Assembly: GCA_963763745.1 (NCBI GenBank)
Contig: CAVXQJ010000016.1
Span: 513,029-577,028 of the forward strand
Direction: 5' to 3'
DNA length: 64,000 nucleotides
Source of the DNA: an uncultured delta proteobacterium
Lineage (GTDB): Bacteria; Myxococcota_A; Polyangia; Polyangiales; Polyangiaceae
The first letter of the stretch is position 1. Every line of letters begins with the position of its first letter. This document shows positions 38,945 through 49,434 of the stretch, in pieces. The notes under the pieces were generated by a model. It saw nothing but the letters and a program-made list of their open reading frames with translations. It was not told the DNA's origin and did no database searches. A program made the position numbers and the translations under genes.

Positions 38945-41492
38945 ATGCGCGCATCCACGCTTTCGCTCGTCGCCGTCACCGCGCTCGTGAGTGCGTATTC
39001 GACCGTGCTCTTCGCGCAGCGCACGATCCAGCGCGTGCCAACCGTCGCCACGACCACCACGGCGGCGACTGGAAATCCGGGCGCTCCTCCAACGACGACC
39101 ACGCAAGGCGGCGGTGCTGGAGGCGGCGGTGCGGGAGGAGGAACGACGGGCAACACGACGCAACCGCAACAAGGCGGCGGCGCGGGTGGTGGTCAGCGCA
39201 CGACGGGCCCCGGCGGAAAAGCGCAAGGCGACACGGCGGCGCTCCCGCAATTCGAACAAGGCGTCGAATACGAACCGCGCGATCCCAATTACAAAGTATC
39301 GCTCTCGCTCGAAGACGCGGATCTCGCCGAGCTCGTACGCGTCATTGGCCAGCTCACGGGCAAACGCTTCATTTTTGGCGGCAAAGTCCGCAACATCAAA
39401 GCATCGATTTATGCGCCTCAAAAAGTGACGGTCGGCGAGGCGTATCAAGCGTTCTTGTCGATCCTCGAGACGAACGGGCTCACCGTCGTTCCGCACGGGC
39501 GCTTCCTGAAGATCGTCGAGACGGGCGGCATCGCGACGCAAGCCACGCCGACGTACAACGCGGGACAAGCCGCGCCCGGCGAAGATCGCTACGTGACGCG
39601 CATGCTCCGTTTGCAGCACGCGCCCGCCGACGAGATCGGCAACGTGCTCGGTCACTTCAAATCGAAGGACGGCGACATCACAGTTAGCGGCCTCCGGCAA
39701 CTTGCTCATCATCACGGACACGGGCGCCAACATTCGCCGCATGATGCAGATCGTCGAGGAGATCGACGTGGGCGCGGCGGGCGACCAAATGTGGATCGAG
39801 CCGATCCACTACGCGTCTGCGGCGGAGATCGCGTCGCGCATCAACGAGCTCTTCGAGCTCAAAGGCGGCGGCGAGAAGGGCAAAGGCGGCGGCGGTGGCG
39901 TCGGCGATTTGCACGTGACGAAGGTCGTCGCCGACGAACGCTCGAACTCGGTCATCATCGTGTCGACGGAGCGCGCTTACATGCGCATCCTCGAGTTCAT
40001 CAAGCGACTCGACGTGCCGCAAACGGGCGAGGGCGAGATTCACGTTCTCCCGCTGCAGCACGCGGACGCCGTCGAGCTCACGAAGACGCTCAACGAGCTC
40101 GTGCAAGGATCGAACACGGCCGCCGGCGGCGCGGGCAGGCCAGGCGCGGGGAAGGACTCGGCGCCCGTCCTCACGCAAGTCTTCGAGGGCGGCATCAAGC
40201 TCAGCGCCGACAAGGCGACGAACTCGATCGTCATCACGTCGTCGCTGCGCGATTTCGCGTCGCTCCGCGCGGTCGTCGATCGCCTCGATCAAGCGCGCCG
40301 TCAGGTCTTCATCGAAGCCGTCATCATGGATCTCTCGGTGACGCGCTCGACGCAGCTCGGTTTGAATTTTCACGGCGGCGGTTTGAGCGATCTCGGCATC
40401 GGCGGCGGACAGTCGCTTCTCTTCGGCGGTCTCAATCCGCTCGAGACGGTGAGCCCGCTCGGATCCGATCCGTCGATCCTCCAAGGTCTCGCGCTCGGCT
40501 TGCGCGGACCTGGCATCCCCGGAACGGAGAGCGCGAACGTGACGGGACAAACGATTCCCGCGTTCGGCGTGATCCTTCAAGCGCTCACGACGGCGGGCGA
40601 CACCGACGTCCTCTCGACGCCGCACATCCTCGCGACCGACAACATCAAAGCGGAGATCAACGTCGGACAGAACATCCCGCTTCAAACGAACATCGGCGGA
40701 CTGCCTCCGACGGGCGGCGCGGGCGGCTCGACGGCGCTGCCGACGGGCTTCGGTTTCGGCTTCGGCGCTTCGCCCGCGCGCCAAGACGTCGGCACCAAGA
40801 TCACGATCACGCCGCACTTGAACGAATCGAACGAAGTGCGTTTGGAGCTCGCGGAAGAAATCAGCGAAGCAGGCGACGCGATCGGCCAGCTCGGCGTCGT
40901 CCCGATCACGAAGCGCACGGCGAACACGCAGCTCGTCGTGAAAGATCAGCAGACCGTCGTCATCGGCGGGCTGATGCGCAATCGCCTCGCGCACCAAGAG
41001 ACGAAGATCCCGATCCTCGGCGACATCCCGCTGCTCGGCATCCTCTTCCGTCAGACGACGAACACCGTTCAGAAGTCGAATCTGCTCCTCGTGCTCACGC
41101 CGTACATCATTCGCGAGCAGGCGGATTTGCGCGCGATCTTCGAGCGCAAGATGCAAGAGCGCCAGGAGTTCCTCGATCGCTACTTCGTATTCTCCGAAGA
41201 TCACGATTACAAACCAGTCAAAGACTATTCGCGCACGAACGGGCTCCTCGAGGACATCAAAGCCACGTATCGCGCAGTCGACGAGCGCGAGCGCATCGAA
41301 GAGATCATGCGCCCGCGCGACGTCATCGGACACGCGCCGGGCGAGCCTCTCGATCTTCCGTCGCAAATGCGCTCCGGCGCCGGCGGCGGGACGACATCCA
41401 CCGAAGCGAAGCCGCCGACGGAGCAAGCGGGCAAGCCGGCCAACATCACGGTGACGCCGCCCGTTCGCAACATCGAGCGCATGGAGAAGTGA
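38945..41492 (+). CDS. gspD: Type II secretion system secretin GspD, interrupted by an apparent +1 frameshift near 39684-39692
   Basis: Signal peptide, N0-N3 domains (frame of ORF 38945..) then NLLIITDTGANIRRM and secretin domain (frame of ORF 39702..41492); removing one G from agcggcc reads DITVSASGNLLIITD. Confidence 0.8.
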
Positions 41493-43341
41493 TGCGCGAA
41501 GAACGATTCCTCGGAGAGCTGCTCGTTCGCCGCGGTCTCGTCGCCGAGGATCGCCTCGAGCCGCTTTACGCAGTTCAAAAAGAGCGCGGCGTGGCGCTGA
41601 CCGATTTGCTCGTGAACCAGCAGCTCGTCGATCCCGAGGCGGTCGCGCGCGCGGTCGCCGACGAAGCACAGCTCGCGGTCGTCCTCACGATCGATCCGGA
41701 GAAAATCCCAAACGCGATCGCGACGCGCACGCCCATCACGTTCGCGAAGAACCATCGGCTCCTCGCGTTCGCCGAGGACGATCAGTTCGTCCACGTGTAT
41801 TGCGCCGATCCGTTCGATACCGCGCCGCTCGACGATTTGCGATTGCTCTTCGGCAAGCCGGTCGAGTGCATCGTCGCGCCCGCCGAGAAGATCGTCGACG
41901 CCATCAACCGCGTCTTCGAGCGCGAAGCAGGCGGCGGCGAGCTCGAGACCGAAGCCGGCGAGGTGCACGAAGAAGAGGGCGGCGGAGACATCCTCGACTC
42001 TGACGACGAAGCGCCCGTCATTCGCTGGGTGAACTCCCTCTTTTTGCACGCGATGAAAGAGCGCGCGAGCGACATTCACATCGAGCCCGAAGAGAAGAGG
42101 TCATCGTTCGATATCGCATCGACGGCGAGCTCTACGTCGCGCGTCGCGCGCCGCGAAACTTCATGAACGCGATCATCTCGCGCGTGAAGATCGAGAGCGC
42201 GCTCAACATCGCAGAGAAGCGCTTGCCGCAAGACGGACGCATCACGAAGAAGATCGCCGGCAAGGGATTCGACATCCGCGTCTCGACCATCCCGACGAGC
42301 CGCGGATACGAGCGCATCGTCATGCGTCTCTTGAACAAGTCGAGCGTGCTCCTCGACCTCAGCGATCTCGGGTTCTCGCCGCGCGACTACGCGCTGATGG
42401 ACACCCTCATCCGCAGGCCCGACGGCATCATCCTCGTCACGGGCCCCACCGGCTCCGGAAAGACGACGACGCTCTACGCGTGCATCAACCGCATCAACGA
42501 TCCGAACATCAACATCCTCACCGCGGAGGACCCGGTCGAGTACGAGATCTCGGGTATCCACCAGGTGCACGTTCAACCGAAGATCGGTTTGACGTTCGCG
42601 AGCGCGCTCCGCGCGTTCTTGCGCCAAGACCCCGACGTCGTCATGGTCGGCGAGATCCGCGACAAGGAAACCGTCGACATCGCGATCAACGCGTCGCTCA
42701 CCGGTCACCTCGTGCTCTCCACGATCCACACGAACGACGCGGCGGGCGCCATCACGCGCATGATCGACATGGGCGTCGAGCCCTTCTTGATCCGTTCGAG
42801 CGTGATCGGGATTCTCGCGCAGCGCCTCGTGCGCGTTCTTTGTCCGCATTGCAAAGAGCCTTACGAGGCTCTCGACTCGGAGCTCGAAGAGCTCGGGCTC
42901 GGGCAAGATCGCATCGCGTGGCGCGGGCGTCGCCGCACGCGCGAGGGCACGGGCTACTACCCGCGCGGCACGCCCGATCGCGACGTGCTCGATCTCGAGC
43001 GCGGCGTGCGTCCGATGTTTTTTCGCGCGCGCGGCTGCGAGAAATGCGCGAACACCGGTTTTTCCGGGCGACGCGGCATTTACGAGTTGCTCTTGATCGA
43101 CGACCAAGTCGGACCGCTCGTTCTCCGCAGCGCCGACGCGCAAGCGATCAAACGCGCCGCGCAAGACCAAGGCATGGACACGCTCCGCGACGACGGCGCG
43201 CGCAAAGTGCTCGCGGGTCTGACGACGGTCGAAGAGGTCCTCGCCGCGAAGGGCGAAGACGTCGATCCCATGACACCGTCATCCACCTCGACTCCACCCG
43301 TGTCCGCGCGTACCGTCGCGCCAGTCACTGCGCGGGAGTAA
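41492..43341 (+). CDS. gspE: Type II secretion ATPase GspE, interrupted by an apparent -1 frameshift near 42095-42102
   Basis: N1E domain, then [11 protein letters not shown] (frame 1) continues as (R/E)[12 protein letters not shown]...NAIISRVK in frame of ORF 42163..43341; Walker [12 protein letters not shown]; tetracysteine CPHC...CEKC. Confidence 0.8.
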
Positions 43342-43344
43342 GAG

Positions 43345-44775
43345 ATGGCGGTCTTCGAATACCGCGGAGTCCTCGTCGCGAGCGGGAAGCAGGTGCACGG
43401 CTTCCGCGACGCCGACAACGCACGCGTCTTGCGCTCGGCGCTGAAGCGCGAAGGCGTTCTCCTCACGAACGCGACCGAAGACACCAAAGCGCAAGGCCAG
43501 AAGGCTTCGCGCAACATCGATTTCGCTCGGGTTCTTCCGCCGCATCGGCGTCGGCGATGTCGCGATGATGACGCGCCAGCTCGCGACGCTCGTCGGCGCG
43601 GGCATCCCGCTCGTCGAAGCCGTCTCGGCGCTCGTCGATGCAAATGGAGAAGCCCGAGCTCCAGCGCGTGCTCACGCAGGTGCGCGATCGATTGAACGAA
43701 GGTCAGTCGCTCGCGAAGGCGCTCGAAGCGCACCCCAAAGTGTTTCCGGCGCTCTACGTGAACATGGTCGCCGCCGGCGAAGCATCGGGAACGCTCGAGC
43801 AAGTGCTCATGCGTCTCGCGGACTTCCAAGAGAATCAAGCGAAGCTGCGCGGCAAAGTCTCCGCTGCGCTCGCTTATCCCGTTTTGATGATCATCATCGG
43901 CACCGCGCTCATCAGCGTGATGATGGTCGCCGTCGTGCCGAAGGTGACATCCATCTTCGCGAGCCTCGGCCAAGCGCTGCCTTGGTACACGGCGACGCTC
44001 ATCTTCATCTCCGACGTGGTCAGCTCGAACGAGACCGTCGGATTCGTGCTCACGCTCGGCACGCTCACGTCGATGCGCAAAGCGATGACGAAGCCGGCGA
44101 CGAAGAGCGGCGCGGAAGACACGCAGCAAAACACGGCAAGCCTCGTGTGGGTCGTCGTGACGGCGGTGTTCGCACTCACGCTCATCCTCGCCGCGTTCGC
44201 GGTGTCGTCGCTCGTCGCTTATGCGATCGGCATCGGTCTCGGAATCTTCGGCGGCGTCTTCTTGTCGCGCTTCGTCGCGTTTCTCGGAAAGCCCGAGGGG
44301 CGTTTGTGGCGCGACACGATGATCCTCGAAATCGCCGCTCATCGGCCCGCTCGCGCGCATGCTCGCGGTCGCGCGCTTCTCTCGCACGCTCGCGACGCTC
44401 CTTCAAAGCGGCGTGCCGCTCCTCAAGGCGATGGAGATCGTGAAGAACGTCCTCGACAACGCGAAGCTCGAGAAGGTCGTCGAGACCGCGGCCGGATCGA
44501 TCCGCGAAGGCGAGTCGATCGCCGCGCCGCTCAAACGAAGCGGAGATTTCCCGCCGATCGTGACGCACATGATCGCCGTCGGCGAGAAGAGCGGCGAGCT
44601 CGAGACGATGCTCGAGAACGTCGCCAAGGCCTACGACACGCAAGTCGACACGCGCGTTCAGGCGCTGACGAGCTTGCTCGAGCCGCTCATCATCGTCTTT
44701 CTCGGCGGCGCCGTCGGCTTCATCGCGTTTTCGATTTTGATGCCGCTCATCCAGATGAACGACTTCGTGCAGTAA
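43345..44775 (+). CDS. gspF: Type II secretion inner-membrane platform protein GspF, interrupted by three apparent +1 frameshifts (about 43526-43533, 43637-43641, 44326-44332)
   Basis: Four collinear frame segments (ORFs 43345.., 43565.., 43638.., 44359..44775) each matching successive GspF regions, e.g. ITRQLATL and SPLIGPLARMLAVARFSRTLATLLQSGVPLL. Confidence 0.75.
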
Positions 44776-44779
44776 GAAG

Positions 44780-45181
44780 ATGAAGACCTCGCAAAAAGTA
44801 TTTTTCCCGTGGGAGCGCCGGCGAGGGCTGCTCGGTGCGATCGCGCGGACGCGCGGGCGGTTCATCTTGGGCGCGATCGCCGTCATCGTTCTCGTCGTGT
44901 GGATCAGCCGGCGCGAAGAGCACGCGGCCGCGGTGCGCGCGACGCGCGCGACGATCGACACCGCGTTTCACGCGATGATTCAGTATCGCGCCGACCACGC
45001 CGGGCATTGCCCGCGCGATTGGAACGAAATGGTCGCAGCGGCTTACTTGCATGACGTCCCGCTCGACGCGTGGGGACGCCCTTTGCGACTCACGTGTCCA
45101 GGCCGGCGCGACGCGGCCGGATTCGATCTGGAAAGTGACGGACCCGACGGCATCGCCGGTGGGCTCGATAGAGTTGAATGA
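44780..45181 (+). CDS. GspG-like pseudopilin paralog lacking a canonical prepilin leader/cleavage motif
   Basis: TM helix GAIAVIVLVVWI then pilin-like ...AFHAMIQYRADHAGHCP and GspG-type C-terminus LDAWGRPLRL...DGPDGIAGGLDRV; no G-F/V-T-L-x-E site. Confidence 0.5.
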   Translation: MKTSQKVFFPWERRRGLLGAIARTRGRFILGAIAVIVLVVWISRREEHAAAVRATRATIDTAFHAMIQYRADHAGHCPRDWNEMVAAAYLHDVPLDAWGRPLRLTCPGRRDAAGFDLESDGPDGIAGGLDRVE

Positions 45182-45336
45182 TGATCAAGGAGACGAATAT
45201 GCGAATCGCAAAACAGTTGATGTTCTCCCATGGGGGGGACAGGGGGGGCAAAGCCCCCCGTTGGGATCGAGCTGCAGGCGAGATCCGCAGGGAAGTGAGC
45301 GCGCAAAGCGCGCGAGAAGGGACGCAGTCCCTTCTT

Positions 45337-45750
45337 GTGACTAACAAGCATTTCTCCAAGGCGCTGCGCCGTTCACTCTCACGCGGCGTCACGCTCGTCG
45401 AGATTCTCATCGTGCTCGCGATCGTCGGGCTCATCGCGGGCGGCATTGCCGTCTACGCGGTGCCGAAGTTCCAACAAGCGCAAAAAGACAACACGAAGAA
45501 CTCGCTCAAAGCGCTTCACGCCGTCGCCGAAGCGTGGCGCGCGAATCACGGAAACGATTGCCCGACGGTCCAACGCCTCAAAGAGGAGAAGGAGCTCGCG
45601 GCCTCGAGCGACATCAACGACGCATGGGGCGATCCCTACAAGATCCAATGCGACGACGACGCAACCTCCGTGATCAGCTGGGGCCCGGACAAGAAAGAGG
45701 GCACGCAGGACGACATCAAGTTCCCGGACAACACACCGGCCAAGCAGTGA
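45337..45750 (+). CDS. gspG: Type II secretion major pseudopilin GspG
   Basis: GTG start giving 17-aa leader MTNKHFSKALRRSLSRG|VTLVEILIVLAIVGLIAG; C-terminal DAWGDPYKIQCDD...ISWGPDKKEGTQDDIKF GspG signature; 138 aa. Confidence 0.75.
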   Translation: MTNKHFSKALRRSLSRGVTLVEILIVLAIVGLIAGGIAVYAVPKFQQAQKDNTKNSLKALHAVAEAWRANHGNDCPTVQRLKEEKELAASSDINDAWGDPYKIQCDDDATSVISWGPDKKEGTQDDIKFPDNTPAKQ

Positions 45751-45751
45751 A

Positions 45752-45925
45752 GAGAGGCTTTGGGCTTTGGGCCTTGGGCTTTAGGAAGAAAGATGAACAG
45801 GAAGATCAAAAGATCAGGAAGAAGAGTTGGGGGGGAATCCTCACTCCATTCTTCTGATCTTCCCGATCTTCCTGTTTTCACTTTCTTTCGCCTAAAGCCC
45901 AAGGCCCAAAGCCCAAAGCCTCGCG
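45752..45925. repeat. Repeat family 3 copy 3: about 175-bp compound hairpin with perfect 32-bp outer inverted repeat, immediately downstream of gspG (approximate)
   Basis: Outer IR gaggctttgggctttgggccttgggctttagg / cctaaagcccaaggcccaaagcccaaagcctc; inner stem gaacaggaagatcaaaagatcaggaagaag / cttctgatcttcccgatcttcctgtt. Confidence 0.65.
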
Positions 45926-46638
45926 CGCTTCGTGCGCACCAGCGCGCTGTCACGCTCGTCGAGATTCTCATCGTGCTTCTCATCGTGACGCTGCTCTTGG
46001 CTGGCGTCGTGATGGGGTCGGGGCAGCTCGCCAGCGCGAAGTTGCACAAGAGCGCGACCGCGCTCACGGGCCTCATTCGCGTCGCGTACGTGCGCGCGAC
46101 GGTCACCGCGCGCAGCGAGCGCATCGTGTTCGACATCGACAACAGCAAGTTCTGGCTCGAAGAGTCCGAGCAGCCGATGCTCGTCCAAACGCACGACACG
46201 ACCGGCACGGGCGGCGCAGACCCCGTCACTGCCGCGGAGCAACAAGCGCTCGCCGAGACGGCACGACTCGTCCATGGCCCCGAGGCGCCGCGCGCGACGT
46301 TTCACAAGGTCAAACCAGGCTTGTACGCGGCAGGCGACAACCAAGGCGGGTCGGATCAAGGTCTCCCGTTTGGAATCAAGTTCAGGGCGGTGCAGACCGC
46401 CCACGACGAAGAAGCACGTACGAAGGGGCGCGCATATTTGTATTTCTGGCCTGGCGGGCTGACCGAGCGCGCGCACGTCGTGTTGCGAAAAGGCGATTCG
46501 CTCGCAGACGCAGACGCGGAGACGCTCGTCGTCGCGCCCCTCACCGGCTCCGCCGTCATCAAAGCGGGCAACATCTCTTTTCCCACCATCACGGACGAAA
46601 AGGATCTCTCCGAACGCGTCGATCAGGGCTCGCCATGA
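45793..46638 (+). CDS. gspH: Minor pseudopilin GspH-like; start uncertain (only in-frame ATGs lie inside the upstream hairpin repeat)
   Basis: Pilin N-terminus RA|VTLVEILIVLLIVTLLLAG; 4-nt overlap with gspI; leader would be 52 aa if ATG 45793 is used. Confidence 0.55.
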   Translation: MNRKIKRSGRRVGGESSLHSSDLPDLPVFTFFRLKPKAQSPKPRALRAHQRAVTLVEILIVLLIVTLLLAGVVMGSGQLASAKLHKSATALTGLIRVAYVRATVTARSERIVFDIDNSKFWLEESEQPMLVQTHDTTGTGGADPVTAAEQQALAETARLVHGPEAPRATFHKVKPGLYAAGDNQGGSDQGLPFGIKFRAVQTAHDEEARTKGRAYLYFWPGGLTERAHVVLRKGDSLADADAETLVVAPLTGSAVIKAGNISFPTITDEKDLSERVDQGSP

Positions 46639-47354
46639 AGTCGCGTGGCTTTTCCCTTCTCGAGGTCATGGTCGCGCTCGCGATCTTCGGGTTGATGATC
46701 TCGGGCATTTTGGCTGCGCAGGCCGGGCTTGCGGCGAGCAACAAGAAGGCCGCCAACATGGGCCAAGCCACGACGCTCGCCCGGTGCAAGATGACCGAGC
46801 TCGAAGAAAAGTTGATGAAGCTCGGTTATCCCGCGATCGACGACATCGACAATGGCGTCATCTGCTGCGAGGCAACCGACCTAACGACGTATTCTTGCGA
46901 TTACAAAGTAGAGAAAATCATCATGCCGGATCCGCCGACGAGCGCGACGGATCTCGACGCCGGCGCGGCGAGCCTCCTCGGCCTCAATGATGGCGGCTCG
47001 ACGGCGACGCTCGATTTCGACGGCGGGCTCGGCGCGATGGGCGCCATGCTCGGACCGGCGGCGGGCACTGGAGGCGCGTCGGGTCTCGTCGATATGGCGA
47101 TGGGGATCGTTTATCCGATGATGAAGCCGATGATGGAAGCTTCCATTCGGAAGATCACCGTTACGGTGCATTGGAAAGAGGGCCCGAACCCAGTCGAATT
47201 CGTTCTCGCGCAATACGTGACGAACCCGCAGACGGGTGGATTTCAGGGCGGGTTCTTCGGCGATGCAGGCGGTCCGCTTCCAACCGGATCTGGTGCGCCG
47301 CCGGTGAAGGGCGCGCCGCCGGTGCGGACCGGAACCGCAGGAGCGCCGTTCTAA
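46635..47354 (+). CDS. gspI: Minor pseudopilin GspI-like
   Basis: MKSRGFSLLEVMVALAIFGL prepilin motif (G|FSLLE); ATGA overlap with upstream gene. Confidence 0.65.
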   Translation: MKSRGFSLLEVMVALAIFGLMISGILAAQAGLAASNKKAANMGQATTLARCKMTELEEKLMKLGYPAIDDIDNGVICCEATDLTTYSCDYKVEKIIMPDPPTSATDLDAGAASLLGLNDGGSTATLDFDGGLGAMGAMLGPAAGTGGASGLVDMAMGIVYPMMKPMMEASIRKITVTVHWKEGPNPVEFVLAQYVTNPQTGGFQGGFFGDAGGPLPTGSGAPPVKGAPPVRTGTAGAPF

Positions 47355-48046
47355 TGCGCAATCGTTCTCGCTCCCGCGGCCTCACGCTCGTCGAAGTGCT
47401 CGTCGCGCTCGCCGTGCTGACCATGATCGGCGTGCTCCTCTATGGCGTGTTCGACTCGCTCGCCCATGGCAAGAAAGCCGAGAGCATCCGCGGGGAGCGA
47501 GCGCGCGAAGGCCGCTCCGCCGTTCTGCGCATCACGCGCGAGATGCAAAGCGCATTTCTCTCGATGCACAACCCGGGGAACGTCGCGCTCCAAACGCGCG
47601 TCGTCGCGTTCATCGGCCAGAACGCGCAGCCGTTCGATCGTCTGGATTTTCAGGCTTTCGCGCATCGCCGTGTCGAAGCCAAGAGCCATGAGTCGGACCA
47701 AGCCGAGATCGGTTATTTCGCTTCACCCGATCCGAACGTCGACGAAAAAATGGATCTCGTGCGACGCGAGCAAACGCCCGCTGACATGGACGCGAAGCGC
47801 GGCGGCGTCGTGAACGTGCTCTGCGAAGACATCGAGAGCTTCGACGTGCGTTATCTGGATCCGCAAACGAGTCAGTGGCTCGAGGCGTGGGACACGACCC
47901 AAGCGCTCGGCCAACAAGGACGGTTGCCGCTCGAAGTACGGCTCACGCTCACGCTCAAACACGTGCCCGCTGGTTTGCAATCGACATACACGACCAAGTT
48001 CATGATGCCGATGCAGATGCCTCTCACCTTCGGGATCCCGCAATGA
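47354..48046 (+). CDS. gspJ: Minor pseudopilin GspJ-like
   Basis: MRNRSRSRGLTLVEVLVALAVLTMIG prepilin motif; trimmed from ORF 47171..48046. Confidence 0.65.
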   Translation: MRNRSRSRGLTLVEVLVALAVLTMIGVLLYGVFDSLAHGKKAESIRGERAREGRSAVLRITREMQSAFLSMHNPGNVALQTRVVAFIGQNAQPFDRLDFQAFAHRRVEAKSHESDQAEIGYFASPDPNVDEKMDLVRREQTPADMDAKRGGVVNVLCEDIESFDVRYLDPQTSQWLEAWDTTQALGQQGRLPLEVRLTLTLKHVPAGLQSTYTTKFMMPMQMPLTFGIPQ

Positions 48047-49422
48047 GACCGCGAAAGAAGACTCGCAAGTCGCGCAAGCGCGGGATCGCTCTCATCATGG
48101 TGCTCGGCGCGCTCACGATTCTCACGATGATGCTCGCGGAGTTCCAGGCGGACACGAGCGCGACGCTCGCGAGCGCGATGGCCGATCGCGATGGCGTTCA
48201 AGCGGAATACAATGCTCGTTCGGCGGTCAATCTCTCGAGGCTTCTCATCTCGATGGAACCAACGATTCGACAGGCCATCGCGCCGCTCTTCGCGATGATG
48301 CAGCGCGCACCGCCGCAGCTTCCCGTCTGGGAGTTCTCGGACAAGTTGCTCGCGCCATTCAACGACAAAACCGCAAACGACGAGTTCGCGGCCTCCATCA
48401 AAGTGAGCTTTGGGACCGGCAAGAACCTCGGCCTGCCCGCGGGTCGCTTCGAAGTGAAGATCGTCGACGAGGACGCCAAGATAGACGTCAACCTCGGCGC
48501 GTCGAACGACATCGCTCACATCCGCCTCGCCAAAGAGCTCATGGGCTTGATGGCGCCGCCGCAATACAACCCGCTATTCGAGCAGCGCGACTCGGCAGGC
48601 AACTACCACGATCGCATGACCATCTGCGCGGCCATCATCGACTGGGCCGACGTCGACGAGCTCGCGATGAATTGCGACATGCAAACGCCAAACGCGCCAC
48701 CGAGCGCGGGCGTCGAGGACGCGTATTACCAACTACTCGCCGTCAAACCTTATCGTCGTAAGAACGCTCCATACGATTCACTCGAGGAGCTCCACATGGT
48801 GCGCGGCATCACCGACGATTTCTGGGCGACGTTCGTCGATCCCGATCCGACGAAGCCCGAAAAGCGCGTGATGACGGTGTGGGGACAAGGCGCCGTGAAC
48901 GTGAACAGCGCGAACGCGCAAACGCTCCTCGGCGTCGTGTGCTCGGGCGCGCCGACGGCCACGATCTGCACCGATCCGACGCAAGCTGGCATGTTCCTTT
49001 CGGGCATGATGATGGCGCGCGCCATGACGATGGGCGCTCCGCTCTTCGGCACCGTGAACGACTTCATCGCGATGATGAAGGGCTCGGGTCCGATGGGCGG
49101 CATCCTCAAAGGCATGGGCATGACGCCCGTGAAGTTCCTCTCGGAGGCGGAGTTCGCAAAGACGATCACGACCGAGAGCAAGGTGTTTTCGATTTATGCC
49201 GTCGGCGTCATCAAAGGATACAAACGCGAAACGCGGTTGCGCGTCGTCGAGGTCGTGGATTTTCGAAACGCGCCGAATCTGACGGGCGCGCCGACAGGCG
49301 GGGCCGGATCGCCGAGCGCATCACCAACGAGCCCGCCACCCGCATCCACCTCTGCGCTGGCGAGTGGGCCCATCACCATGCCGGCGACCGGCGGCAACGT
49401 GATTTATTTTCGGATCGACTAA
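48043..49422 (+). CDS. gspK: Minor pseudopilin GspK
   Basis: RKRGIALIMVLGALTILTMMLAEF GspK-type N-terminus; ATGA overlap with gspJ; trimmed from ORF 47875..49422. Confidence 0.7.
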   Translation: MRPRKKTRKSRKRGIALIMVLGALTILTMMLAEFQADTSATLASAMADRDGVQAEYNARSAVNLSRLLISMEPTIRQAIAPLFAMMQRAPPQLPVWEFSDKLLAPFNDKTANDEFAASIKVSFGTGKNLGLPAGRFEVKIVDEDAKIDVNLGASNDIAHIRLAKELMGLMAPPQYNPLFEQRDSAGNYHDRMTICAAIIDWADVDELAMNCDMQTPNAPPSAGVEDAYYQLLAVKPYRRKNAPYDSLEELHMVRGITDDFWATFVDPDPTKPEKRVMTVWGQGAVNVNSANAQTLLGVVCSGAPTATICTDPTQAGMFLSGMMMARAMTMGAPLFGTVNDFIAMMKGSGPMGGILKGMGMTPVKFLSEAEFAKTITTESKVFSIYAVGVIKGYKRETRLRVVEVVDFRNAPNLTGAPTGGAGSPSASPTSPPPASTSALASGPITMPATGGNVIYFRID

Positions 49423-49434
49423 AAGGAAGAGCGA

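Noticed and set aside
45760-45891. 63-aa leader for gspH starting at ATG 45760
   Set aside because: It lies entirely within the hairpin repeat, and prepilin leaders are short; it is kept only as an uncertain start (45793) in the feature list.
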